Shown piece by piece: positions 41,192 through 53,191 of a stretch of 64,000 bases of DNA. The position numbers were made by a program, and so were the translations under genes. Source of the stretch: Macrostomum hystrix (taxonomy: Eukaryota > Animalia > Platyhelminthes); NCBI GenBank assembly GCA_950097015.1, contig CATNEN010000003.1, positions 14,384,001-14,448,000 on the forward strand, written 5' to 3'. Within the stretch, counting starts at the first letter, position 1. Each line of letters opens with the position of its first letter. Below the pieces are notes generated by a model. It was not told where the DNA came from and did not search any database. It saw only the letters and a program-made list of their open reading frames with translations.

Positions 41192-41632
41192 TTTCACTTC
41201 CTACCCTGGCTGTCACCAACCTCACGCCATGACTAAGTACATTTCACTTCCAACCCTGGCTGTCACCAACCTCACTCCATGACTAAGCACATTTCACTTC
41301 CAACCCTGGCTGAAACCAACCTCACTCCATAACTCAGCACATTTCACTTCCTACCCTGGCTGACACCAACCTCACTCCATAACTCAGCACATTTCACTTC
41401 CTACCCTGGCTGACACCAACCTCACTCCATGACTAAGCACATTTCACTTCCAACCCTGACTGTCACCAACCTCACTCCATGACTAAGCACTTTTAACTTC
41501 CAACCCTGGCTGAAACCAACCTCACTCCATGAATGAGTACATTTCACTTCCAACCCTGGCTGTCACCAACCTCACTCCATGACTAAGCACATTTCACTTC
41601 CAAACCTGGCTGACACCAACCTCACTCCATGA
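41192..41632. repeat. 50-bp minisatellite (ATTTCACTTCCAACCCTGGCTGTCACCAACCTCACTCCATGACTAAGCAC)n, ~9 copies
   Basis: Direct periodicity. Confidence 0.93.
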
Positions 41633-41845
41633 GCAGCCAAAACCTTTCAAAGTCCCACCACAGACGACATCCAACTCCTGCCTCGGCTTTTTAATAGATA
41701 GATTAGACGAAATAGGCTATTAAATATATTTATAATAGCATTTTTAGCTAACCAAAATACGAGCTCTAAAAACTCTAAAAGGAATCACCAGAAGCTTGAC
41801 CCATTTACTGAGTAAAATAACAAGCAAATATGCTTGTAGTCCAGT

Positions 41846-44308
41846 TTATCCTGCTCTAATGTACATTGTCGTAGCCAAGTCGCCGTCGAAATCAGGAGAA
41901 CTCGATTCGATCATTGCTGCACCTGCTTCATCGGCGGTAAACACTGGGGCCGAAACGCGCTTAAAGTAAAAATCATTTCCACGCCGGGTAATAACAATAG
42001 AAGATGCTGTTGTACTCTTCTTTACAATTGTGGCTGCAAAGTTCTTGATTGTCTTTTTGGATTTTTTCAGAACCTTCTTGACGGACTTCTTGATTTTCTC
42101 AGCAGTCTGGCTGCCTTTCTTCAGAACCATCTTGATTTTCTTGTTTATCTTCTTGGCTGCTTTCTTGGCTTTCTTCAGAACCTTCTTGATTGTCTTCTTT
42201 GGTTTCTTCAGAACCTTCTTGATGGTCTTCTTTGGTTTCTTCAGAACCTTCTTGATGGTCTTCTTTGGTTTCTTCAGAACCTTCTTGATGGTCTTCTTTG
42301 GTTTCTTCAGAACCTTCTTGATCGTCTTCTTTGGTTTCTTCAGAACCTTCTTGATTGTCTTCTTTGGTTTCTTCAGAACCTTCTTGATCGTCTTCTTTGG
42401 TTTCTTCAGAACCTTCTTGATAGTCTTCTTTGGTTTCTTCGGAACCTTCTTGATGGTCTTCTTTGGTTTCTTCAGAACCTTCTTGATGGTCTTCTTTGGT
42501 TTCTTAAGAACCTTCTTGATGGTCTTCTTTGGTTTCTTCAGAACCTTCTTGATGGTCTTCTTTGGCTTCTTCAGAACCTTCTTGATCGTCTTCTTTGGCT
42601 TCTTCAGAACCTTCTTGATCGTCTTCTTTGGTTTCTTCAGAACCTTCTTGATCGTCTTCTTTGGCTTCTTCAGAACCTTCTTGATCGTCTTCTTTGGTTT
42701 CTTCAGAACCTTCTTGATCGTCTTCTTTGGTTTCTTCAGTACCTTCTTGATCGTCTTCTTTGGTTTCTTCAGAACCTTCTTGATGGCCTTCTTTGGTTTC
42801 TTCGGAACCTTCTTGATCGTCTTCTTTGGTTTCTTCAGAACCTTCTTGATCGTCTTCTTTGGTTTCTTCAGAACCTTCTTGATAGCCTTCTTTGGTTTCT
42901 TCAGAACCTTCTTGATAGCCTTCTTTGGTTTCTTCAGAACCTTCTTGATGGCCTTCATTGGTTTCTTCGGAACCTTCTTGATCTTCTTGATCTTCTTGAT
43001 CGTCTTCTTTGGCTTTGTCAAAGCCACGCCAGTCGCTGAAGCAGCGCCACCAGAATCCTTGAAGCCAGAATCCATGCTCCCATAGTTGGGTGTCAGCAGT
43101 ACTATGCCGCACACGCACTTGGCACACATTGTCAGGCAGGCTTTCCTCAAACTGCTCAACCCGGCGCGAGTTTTTCGTCGTCGAATCTCTTCAACAAGAT
43201 CCGCGGCTGCGTCGGCGTTGTCCGATTTGGCTAGCAGCTCCTCGATCCAGTTGGCCTTGGCCTGCTCCAGAGAAACCCGCGTGCAGCCGCTGTCTGCAGT
43301 GAGAGGTAGAGAGAGAATGGGTGAGAGGTAGATAGAGAATAGGGTGCGAGGTAGAAAGAATAGGGTGAGATGTAGAGAGAAAAGGGTGAGAGGTAGAGAG
43401 AGAATGGGTGAGAGGTAGAGAGAGAATGGGTGAGAGGTAGATAGAGAAAGGGTGAGAGGTAGATAGAGAATAGGGTGCGAGGTAGAAAGAATAGCGTGAG
43501 AAGTAGAGAGAATAGGTGAGAAGTAGAGAGAATAGCGTGAGAGGTAGAGAGAATAGGGTGAGAGGTAGAGAGAGAATGGGTGAGAGGTAGAGAGAATAGG
43601 TGAGAAATAGAGAGAATAGGTGAGAAGTAGAGAGAGAATAGGTGAGAAATAGAGAGAATAGGTGAGAAGTAGAGAGAGAATAGGTGAGAAGTAGAGAGAA
43701 TAGGTGAGAGGTAGAAGGAGAATATATGAGAGGTACAGAGAAAAAAGTTCAGAGGTAGAGGAACTTTCTAAAAGGTAAGATGCCTTTTAACTAATAAGTT
43801 TCTCACCATCTGCGCCATCATCACATCTCCGCACCAAATCTGGTGAAGCCTCGTTGATGTATTTTTCGTCTTGATGATTCTCTAAAGTGTTCAAATTTAC
43901 AGCCGTTCTCAATTGAGTTGATACGGCTTCACCTGACACTGCGTTTTTGATCGATGCCTCGCTGTTTGCTGATGTGAGCTTGTCTGAAAGAAAGTAGGTT
44001 TTCGTCCTGCCCAGTAAGTTTTTAAATGTCATTATGAACTTTACTTTTAGAAAGCTTCACACCTGCACAGGTGTGATCGTGTGATGTGATACTTTCTCAT
44101 CGTCAGGCAGTGAGTCCCGTCAGAAGGAGGAGTGCATGCAATTGGATTAAATTATCAGATACTAAACAAAGGAAGTATTTAATTAAAAACACTCACCAAA
44201 CGTATCGCCTAGAAGTCTCTCTTCCACGTTGACATCAGCGCTGACGCGAGCATTCTGGCATACAAGCAGCAGCAGCAGCAACCGTTCTGCTCGTCGCACT
44301 AGATGCAT
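41846..44308 (-). CDS. Putative secreted prepro-protein (~578 aa): signal peptide, acidic pro-region, RRRKTR site, CxxxCxxCxC motif, ~24 tandem KKPKKTIKKVL repeats
   Basis: Exons 44308-44197, 43983-43807, 43293-41846; two phase-1 GT-AG introns; 1737 nt in frame. Repeat-unit variants are mostly synonymous in this frame. Confidence 0.8.
43300..43762. repeat. GA-rich ~20-23-bp array (GGTGAGAGGTAGAGAGAGAATG)n filling intron 2 of the lysine-rich gene
   Basis: Direct periodicity. Confidence 0.9.
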
Positions 44309-44634
44309 TCCGCACTGACTCATTAGACTCTGTTTGAGTCCTGCATAACGAGCTCAGCTTGAGCCAGCAAACAAAAATGCTGTCTATACCGCACGTGCAT
44401 CTATATAGTTATAATATGTAAAAGTTATTGTTTGCAGCATTGCAGCAAAATGTAAGCACAGATACCATTGTCGCCGGTTGTACACTGGAAACTCACGTGC
44501 CCCATCTCTCATTCTGTTTTCTCACTTCTCAAACCTTTTTTTCAGTAGCCCAGAATACTGCACGCAGCGTGACAGACTGGGGTATTGCTTCAGACACGAG
44601 CGAAGTGTGCCTGCCCTCTGTCTGCACGTGCGAA

Positions 44635-45320
44635 ACCGCACTGCCGAACCCCACACTGCCAACCCCCACACTGCCACCCCCACACTGCCGAACCCCACAC
44701 TGCCACCCCCACACTGCCGAACCCCACACTGCCAGCCCCCACACTGCCAAACCCCACACTGCCACCCCCACACTGCCAAACCCCACACTGCCACCCCCAC
44801 ACTGCCAAACCCCATACTGCCAACCCCACACTGCCAACCCCACACTGCCAATCCCACACTGCCAACCCCACACTGCCAAACCCCACACTGCCGAACCCCA
44901 CACTGCCAACCCCCACACTGCCAACCCCACACTACCAACCCACACTGAATAACCAACACTGTCGACCCCACACCTCAAAATCCCACACTGCCAACCCCAC
45001 ACTGCCGAACCCCACACTGCCGAACCCCACACTGCCACCCCCACACTGCTAACCCCACACTGCCAACCCCACACTGCCAAACCCCACACTGCCAACCCCA
45101 CACTGCCAACCCCACACTGCCAACCCCACACTGCCGAACCCCACACTGCCAACCCCACACTGCCAACCCCACACTGCCAACCCCACACTGCCAAACCCCA
45201 CACTGCCAAACCCCACACTGCCGAACCCCACACTGCCAACCCCCACACTGCCAACCCCACACTACCAACCCACACTGAATAACCCACACTGTCAACCCCA
45301 CACCTCAAAATCCCACACTG
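44635..45320. repeat. 14-15-bp minisatellite (CCCCACACTGCCAA)n
   Basis: Direct periodicity; a variant block recurs at 44931 and 45261. Confidence 0.95.
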
Positions 45321-45695
45321 AAAGGCCCACGTCGCGTAAAAAATCAATAAATTATAAGACAAAACGTACAAAATAACAACTTTACAAAAAATGTACCGAT
45401 TGTCAAACTCCAATCATGCAGATTTGTTTAACTAGATTTACAATAGAATAGTGCCCTAACTACTGATTTTCATTAAAACTCGACCACAAGATTATGCAAA
45501 AACATAGAAACAATGAAGTGATTGGTCTGGCTGTATCTGATCACGAATATTTTCTACAATTCTGTAATTTTCAAAAATTGTCACGCGCGCTGCAAATAAT
45601 ACAAACTAATAGATAGATAAAATGTGAAGCTGAGGTTTGCTTGCTTAAAAAACTTCGACCAATAAATGATCTTCTAGTTCCCATCGTTGAAATTG

Positions 45696-48629
45696 TCACG
45701 ATAATTTTCCAGCGGCGTGATGATCGTCTTTGCCTGTGGAAGGGAAAATTAATTAAAAATTTAATAAACTCATTTGTAATTCTTAATATCTTTTCACTTC
45801 TAATAAACAAATTTTACTTTTTCTTGGAATCTTGTTGCCCGATGCGAGAGATCGGGAGTTCGAGTCTAAATTAAAGAAAGCATCCTTGCTCACCCAGCAG
45901 TAAAATTGGCAGAGCGGTTAACGCGTTTGCCTCTGGCACCGAGGTCCCTGAGCTCGATTCCGCGGCGAGGCCACATTCATTTGGGCCGCAGCCGCGGAAG
46001 GAAGGCTTGGTGGCTTGTCGTGAAATTTACGCCCTCGAGGGCCAAGGCACAGTGAGAGTGTACACTGCCTGACGATGAGAAAGTCAAGGCAGATGTACAC
46101 ACCTGTGTGAGCGTGTGCCTGCGTACAGTATCTGAGTGCGTGTGTGCTCAGGAGTCAGCGAAATGGGCAGAATTGCCTCCTCGCTGGCTGCGGGTCTAGT
46201 GCCACCAAATAATGTGCCATTGCCAGCAGCCCTCCTGCATTATTATTATTAATTTGCGCGGGTGTGGCGGCCATCTCAGTCCATGGACTGAAAGTTTGTA
46301 CACAGTATTTTTCAGCTTCTCTGGTCCAACTAAGCTAGAAAACTGCACTGAACCTTTGTCACCAACTCACCCAAATTGGTGTAGACAATCACTACAATGA
46401 CGCCAAGCAGGAAAATTACGCCCAACGAGATGAAGATCACGTTCAGAATCTTCCTGAGTAGAGGCAGCTGCAGGTCCTGAATCTGATCCAATTGGTCATC
46501 ATCGATTCTCTTGTCCTGCAAATTTCAGGTGAGTTTTGTTTCATAAAACTGGCTTGTTTTAGGCAAAGTTAGAAAACCTTTGAGATGACTATTTTTTAGT
46601 GTTTTAAGTGACAGAAACGACATTTTAGGTTATACTTGTAGTTTGAATTGTTCGTGAGTAAATTTATTTTCAGTTGGTTTACCGTGCTTTTTTTACTATG
46701 TGTATTTTTAGGTGATTAAGTAAATATTTAGTTAACAGTGTGTTATTTTAGGTGATGGAGAGTATCTTTAGGTGATGGACAGTATCTTTAGGTGATGGAG
46801 AGTATCTTTAGGTGATGGACAGTATCTTTAGGTGATGGAGAGTATCTTTAGGTGATGGAGAATATCTTTAGGTGATGGAGTGTATCTTTAGGGGATGGAG
46901 TGTATCTTTAGGGGAGAAAGCAGTATCCTTAGGTGATGGACAGTATCTTTAGGTGATGGACAGTATCTTTAGGTGATGAACAGTATCTTTAGGTGATGGA
47001 CAGTATCTTTAGGTGATGGACAGTATCTTTAGGTGATGAACAGTATCTTTAGGTGATGGACAGTATCTTTAGGTGATGGAGAGTATCTTTAGGTGATGGA
47101 CAGTATCTTTAGGTGATGAACAGTATCTTTAGGTGATGGACAGTATCTTTAGGTGATGGACAGTATCTTTAGGTGATGAACAGTATCTTTAGGTGATGGA
47201 CAGTATCTTTAGGTGATGGACAGTATCTTTAGGTGATGGACAGTATCTTTAGGTGATGGACAGTATCTTTAGGTGATGGACAGTATCTTTAGGTGATGGA
47301 CAGTATCTTTAGGTGATGGACAGTATCTTTAGGTGATGGACAGTATTTTTAGGTGATGGAGAGTATCTTTAGGTGATGGACAGTATCTTTAGGTGATGGA
47401 CAGTATCTTTAGGTGATGGACAGTATCTTTAGGTGATGGAGAGTATCTTTAGATGGACAGTATCTTTAGGTGATGGACAGTATCTTTAGGTGATAGACAG
47501 TATCTTTAGGTGATGAACAGTATCTTTAGGTGATGGACAGTATCTTTAGGTGATGGACAGTATCTTTAGGTGATGGACAGTATCTTTAGGTGATGGACAG
47601 TATCTTTAGGTGATGGACAGTATCTTTAGGTGATGGACAGTATCTTTAGGTGATGGACAGTATCTTTAGGTGGTGGAGAATATCTTTAGGTGATGGAGTG
47701 TATCTTTAGGGGAGAAAGCAGTATTTTTAGGTGACAGACAGTATTTTTAGGTGGTATGCATAAAATTTGTCATATGGGCTTAGAAAACAACGAGAATAAA
47801 ATTGATCAGAACTTTTTCCGCAAATTATGAACGTTAGCTTGTTAGGCATCGCTAGGCATCGCTAATCCTAAGAATCTCTAATCCATACCTGCAGATTTTA
47901 ATCTAGAAAATGACACTAATCCGATTTCCCGTGTTAATATTCGCGTCTTCTTCAACATGCCACACCCTTGACACACGAATATGTGACACTGTCTGTTGTG
48001 TTGCTAACACATTTTGGCTTCAATAAAACTCCTGAGTTATTGCTTAATTCGTTTGCTCTTATGCTTTTATTTCTTCTTTTGTTTTTTTTAATTATATTTT
48101 TGAAGAATTTTTGTTAAGGATGTTGTCTCCCTATTCTCTTTCTCATTCTCTCTATGATTATCTCTCTCTTATTATCTCTCCCATTATCTCTATCATTATC
48201 TCTTCCATTATCTCTATCATTATCTCTCCCATTATCTATCCTTCGATATATCTCTCTCGTTATCTCTTTCATTCTCTCTTTCTGTCATTGTGGTTTTCAC
48301 TCTCATGCGACCACAGAACCCTTTAATTAATCGTGGAATCGTTAATTTCGTCCTAGTTTCTTTAATTTTCGTCTCTCTCTCTTGTTAGTCCAAGGCATCG
48401 CACAAACTGCACATTACATTTAGTCCTTCACTTTACACTTCTGTGCACCGATTTCCCAATCCTGATCAAATTGCACACGTCTTCTACTTTCCCCATTTCC
48501 CAAATCACAGGTCCCCATGTTCTCATTGTGACCTGCAATAGCGTGATGATCCTGTCAACCGTCGGGTGGTTCCTCGCCCTGCGCATTATCTGCCTGCCGC
48601 CACGAACCCCGTGTCGAACTCTGTTTTGA

Positions 48630-48681
<52 letters not shown>

Positions 48682-50781
48682 TCTGCTGCTGCTGCTGCTG
48701 CTGATGATGATAATGATGAGGTGGGTGATGCTGATTGTGCTGTCTAGACTGGTTATTATTAAGCCGCTGCCGCTTCTGCCACTGTTGCCTGCTGGAAGCC
48801 GCAGCCGCCGCCGCTGCCAAGCCCACCACGACGGGGGCACGTGGCGCCGGCTGCTGCTGCTGCCAATTTAACTGTCGCAGCAGCGGCTGCCTCGCAAGAT
48901 CAGTTGATAAATCGTAGAAATCTTGTTTGTGACGGTTCTCAGTCTGCTCTATGCTGCCTCTACTGTCCTGAGTTGGCAGCGTGTACTGCTGATGCTGCTG
49001 CTGCTGCTGCCGGCTACGCGAGATAAGATGCTTCGAAGCTACTGGTTTAAAATCTGTGGCCGGGTCTGGCTCTGGCTCTGGTGACGGCTTGGCGTCTGTG
49101 TCTGCGGATGTGGGAGAGAGCGGATCAGAGAGAGCGGATAGGGGAGAGAGCGGATGAGGGAGAGAGCGGATCAGAGAGAGCGGATGGGGGAGAGAGCGGA
49201 TCAGAGAGAGCGGATAGGGGAGAGAGCGGATGAGGGAGAGAGCGGATCAGAGAGAGCGGATGGGGAGAGAGCGGATCAGAGAGAGCGGATGAGGGAGCGA
49301 GCGGATCAGAGAGAGATCACAGAGAGAGTGGATGTGGAAGAGGGCGGATGAGGACAAAGGTGGATGAGGGAGGGAGCGGATGAGGGAGAAGGTGGGTGAG
49401 GGAGGGAGCGGATGAGGGAGATGGTTGATGGGGGAGAGAGTGGATGTGGGAGAGGGCGGATGAGGACGAAGGTGGATGAGGGAGAGAACGGATGAGGGAG
49501 AAGGTGGATGATGGAGAGAGCGGATGAGGGAGAAAGCGGATGAGGGAGAAGGTGGATGAGGGAGAGAGCGGATCAGACAGAGCGGATGAGGGAGAGAGCG
49601 GATGAGGAAAAGAGCGAATGAGGGAGAAGGTGGATGAGGGAGAGGGCGGATGAGGACAAAGGCGAATGAGGGAGGGAGCGGATGAGGGAGAAGGTGGATG
49701 AGGGAGAGGGCGGATGAGGACAAAGGCGGATGAGGGAGGGAGCGGATGAGGGAGAAGGTGGATGAGGGAGAGAGCGGATGAGGAAAAGAGCGAATGAGGG
49801 AGAAGGTGGATGAGGGAGAGGGCGGATGAGGACAAAGGCGGATGAGGGAGGGAGCGGATGAGGGAGAAGGTGGATGAGGGAGAGAGCGGATCAGACAGAG
49901 CGGATGAGGGAGAGAGCGGATGAGGAAAAGAGCGAATGAGGGAGAAGGTGGATGAGGGAGAGGGCGGATGAGGACAAAGGTGGATGAGGGAGAGAGCGGA
50001 TGAGGAAAAGAGCGAATGAGGGAGAAGGTGGATGAGGGAGAGGGCGGATGAGGACAAAGGCGGATGAGGGAGGGAGCGGATGAGGGAGAAGGTGGATGAG
50101 GGAGAGAGCGGATCAGACAGAGCGGATGAGGGAGAGAGCGGATGAGGAAAAGAGCGAATGAGGGAGAAGGTGGATGAGGGAGAGGGCGGATGAGGACAAA
50201 GGCGGATGAGGGAGGGAGCGGATGAGGGAGAAGGTGGATGAGGGAGAAGGTGGATGAGGGAGAGAGCGGATGAGGGAGAGAGCGGATGAGGGAGAAGGTG
50301 GATGAGGGAGAGAGCGGATGAAGCAGAGAACAGATGAGGTTGGGCGGATGAGGGAGAGAGCGGATGAGGGTGGGCGGATGAGGGAGAGAGCGGATGAGGG
50401 TGGGCGGATGAGGGAGAGAGCGGATGAGGGTGGGCGGATGAGGGAATGCGCTGTTGCAGATATGACAGGATAAAAGTGAGATGTTTTAAATCACGAATAA
50501 AGGTTTAATGTATCTGCTCTGCAGTACTCAAAGCTCAGGTTTTTTAAGACGAACTTTTAATAACCAAAGAAAAAATTATTTTGCGCGTGCAATTTTAAGG
50601 GCCAAATACTTATCCTAAAATTTGACTCTACAATCAGCTCTGACAACCAGCTTACCAATCTTAAAATCTTCTTCGTGAAATTCTACTCGATAAACTTGAC
50701 GACGATTTTGCGAATAACGCTGTTGCCGATGCTGCTGCTGCTGTTGCAGATTTAGTGTCCTTGAATAGTGCGCCAACTCGC
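45696..50781 (-). CDS. Partial gene: Gln/His-rich protein with one C-terminal transmembrane segment; 5' exons not identified
   Basis: Phase-compatible exons 50781-50656, 49101-48533, 46515-46371, 45733-45696; in-frame polyQ tracts; hydrophobic ILNVIFISLGVIFLLGVIVVIVY followed by a short tail. Confidence 0.6.
45907..46251 (+). mobile_element. tRNA-derived SINE, near full length
   Basis: A box TGGCAGAGCGG at 45907; B-box-like GCTCGATTCC ~45952-45961; structured body; (ATT)n tail; further copies or fragments at 33231-33545, 22968-23040 and ~44090-44115. Confidence 0.85.
46745..47752. repeat. 20-bp minisatellite (TTAGGTGATGGACAGTATCT)n, ~50 copies
   Basis: Direct periodicity. Confidence 0.95.
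49112..50445. repeat. Purine-rich ~16-bp minisatellite (GAGCGGATGAGGGAGA)n with variants
   Basis: Direct periodicity; intronic to the minus-strand Q-rich gene. Confidence 0.93.
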
Positions 50782-51137
50782 CTGAATACATCTTTGATTA
50801 CTTAGTAAAGCAACGTACTACTCGTGTCGTAAGCTATTTTACAAAACGTTAGAAAATTTTAGCCGAGGTTCTTAAAATACAAGCAACGCACACCTGTGAC
50901 CACCTATTGCTTCGAATGTACTATTAACCCACTGGGCCTTCTTGCCTTGATCCGGACTATCCAATCACGTGCCTGCTCTGCCCCTTTAATAATTATCATT
51001 ATTGAAGAAGCCATAGGATGAGCAGGCATCACCCCTGGCTATCCTTTATCTCTACTTGCCCTGCGCACGGCTCACGGGAAGGAATTTTTCTAATTAACTT
51101 TTGCAACTTTTGTGTTGAATGTAAGGTATAGCATAGT

Positions 51138-51276
51138 CTTACTCTCACTCTCACTCTCACTCTCACTCATACTATCACCCTCACCCTCACTCTCGCTCTC
51201 ACCCTCACTCTCACTCATACTATCACCCTCACTCTCACTCCCACTCTCACCCTCACTCTCACTCTCACTCATAATA

Positions 51277-51307
<31 letters not shown>

Positions 51308-51315
51308 TACTATCA

Positions 51316-51349
<34 letters not shown>

Positions 51350-51357
51350 TACTATCA

Positions 51358-51388
<31 letters not shown>

Positions 51389-51549
51389 CCTCACTCTCAC
51401 TCTCACTCATAATATCACTCTCACTCTCAGTCTCAGTCTCACGCTCACTCTCACTCTCACTCTCACTCTCACCCTCACTCTCACTATCACTCTCACTCAT
51501 ACTATCACCCTCACCCTCACTCTCACTCTCACTCTCACTCATACTATCA

Positions 51550-51583
<34 letters not shown>

Positions 51584-51639
51584 TACTATCACCCTCACCC
51601 TCACTCTCGCTCTCACCCTCACTCTCACTCATACTATCA

Positions 51640-51673
<34 letters not shown>

Positions 51674-51681
51674 TACTATCA

Positions 51682-51712
<31 letters not shown>

Positions 51713-51814
51713 CCTCACTCTCACTATCACTCATAATATCACTCTCACTCTCAGTCTCACTCTCACTCTCACCCTCACTCTCACTATCACTCTCACTCAT
51801 ACTATCACCCTCCA

Positions 51815-51847
<33 letters not shown>

Positions 51848-51855
51848 TACTATCA

Positions 51856-51886
<31 letters not shown>

Positions 51887-51922
51887 CCTCACTCTCACTC
51901 TCACTCATAATATCACCCTCCA

Positions 51923-51955
<33 letters not shown>

Positions 51956-51963
51956 TACTATCA

Positions 51964-52000
<37 letters not shown>

Positions 52001-52035
52001 CCTCACTCTCACTCTCACCCTCACTCTCACTCCCA
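51138..52035. repeat. (CTCACT)n hexamer microsatellite with periodic CATACTATCACC interruptions
   Basis: Direct periodicity. Confidence 0.95.
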
Positions 52036-52766
52036 CTTTTACTCTTACTTTCACTGTCACTAATTTTCTACCTCTAATTAAAAAATGTTTCTAAGAAGGC
52101 AGTTATTTTCAGCAGCTACTCAAGTTGCCATCAATTCAGCCCTATCAAGTAATTCCTGAAGCTGTAGAAATTTGCTAGAAGGTATCCTAATTAGACTAGA
52201 CTTGGGCAAGCTGAATGTCAATTAGCTTTTCATAGAACTGGCATGCGCAACAGCCCGAATGAGTAGACAAAGAGCAAGTGACTCGACTACTCAGGAAACT
52301 CAATTAGCAATCACATCTGCTGAGAATAAGAATGTGTTACCCTAAGATTTTATTCAATATTTAGCTAGATAATTTCCTTTCTAATATCCTACTAGCGTAC
52401 AGGTAGAAATAGCTTATATTTCTATCTTGAGAACAGTAGTCTCGCAATCCTTTTCATTCCATCTTTCTTATAACTACTTTATCATTCACATACCTACCCC
52501 ATCTTTCTCATGCCTAATTATATATTATACTAGCATTTTTTGCCCGTTGTTTTTGGGGCAGAAATTTAAAGCAAAGCAGTAAGCAATTCACGTCTCTGTA
52601 TTAACTTTATAGTGAAGGTCACCATTTATTTATTTACTGCATTAATGAAAAGTGAAGAGTTTGTTTAAGGGCGTTTTAAGTAAAAAAGAAGTGAAAAGTT
52701 TGTCCAAACAGCCCCCTCTTGATTACTTCTTTAGAAACATGTCTCTTAGCCACTCCTCTATACAGT

Positions 52767-53028
52767 CAGTGGCAGATCCAGGAATTTTGTTTTGGGGCGG
52801 TCTGTCAGGGGAGCGCCATGAGAATCACAGAGGGCCGAAAAAGGGCGCCAGGAGCCAAGAAAAGGCGCCAGCGGCTGAAAAACGGGAGCCAGCGGCTGAA
52901 AAAGGGGCGCCAGCGGCCGAAAAGGGGCGCCAGTGCTGCGACTGGCGCCCCTGGTGGGGGCATCTTATTCCCATGATTAAAATTTAGGGGGGCGACTGCC
53001 CCCCCGCCCCCCCCTAAATCTGCCTCTG
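52767..53028. mobile_element. hAT-type MITE nested in the Helitron, 8-bp TSD TATACAGT
   Basis: TIRs CAGTGGCAGAT / ATCTGCCTCTG (10 of 11 match); TSD at 52759-52766 and 53029-53036; internal ~21-bp repeats. Confidence 0.88.
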
Positions 53029-53191
53029 TATACAGTATGCATGTACACGCGTATACATAAGGAAAATAGCCATGGCATAACAATAACAATAACATAACAA
53101 TGTCAAAGAAACAAAATTAAACTGTTTCAGAGTTCAGAGTTAGACAGGTCAAGGTCAATTCGTGACTACTTTTCTATTAATTGCTTGCGAG

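Noticed and set aside
42030-43127. Antisense Phe-rich ORF and overlapping acidic (QEGSEETKEDD)n ORF
   Set aside because: Shadow frames: unit variants are non-synonymous in them, one creates a stop at 42504, and only the Lys-rich frame joins upstream exons
45907-45975. Functional tRNA gene
   Set aside because: Degenerate B box, no complete cloverleaf, and it continues into a repeated body with an (ATT)n tail, so it is a SINE head
46058-46100. Hammerhead ribozyme (CTGACGA...GAAA) in the SINE
   Set aside because: Only 3 nt separate CUGANGA and GAAA, so there is no stem II; the region folds better as a simple long hairpin
47889-47992. Extra exon of the Q-rich TM gene
   Set aside because: Has AG/GT boundaries, but no phase combination keeps the frame between the flanking exons
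51090-52077. Ser-Glu repeat ORF resembling Sdr/dentin-type proteins
   Set aside because: Hexamer microsatellite with monotonous codons; no supported exon boundaries or non-repeat domain
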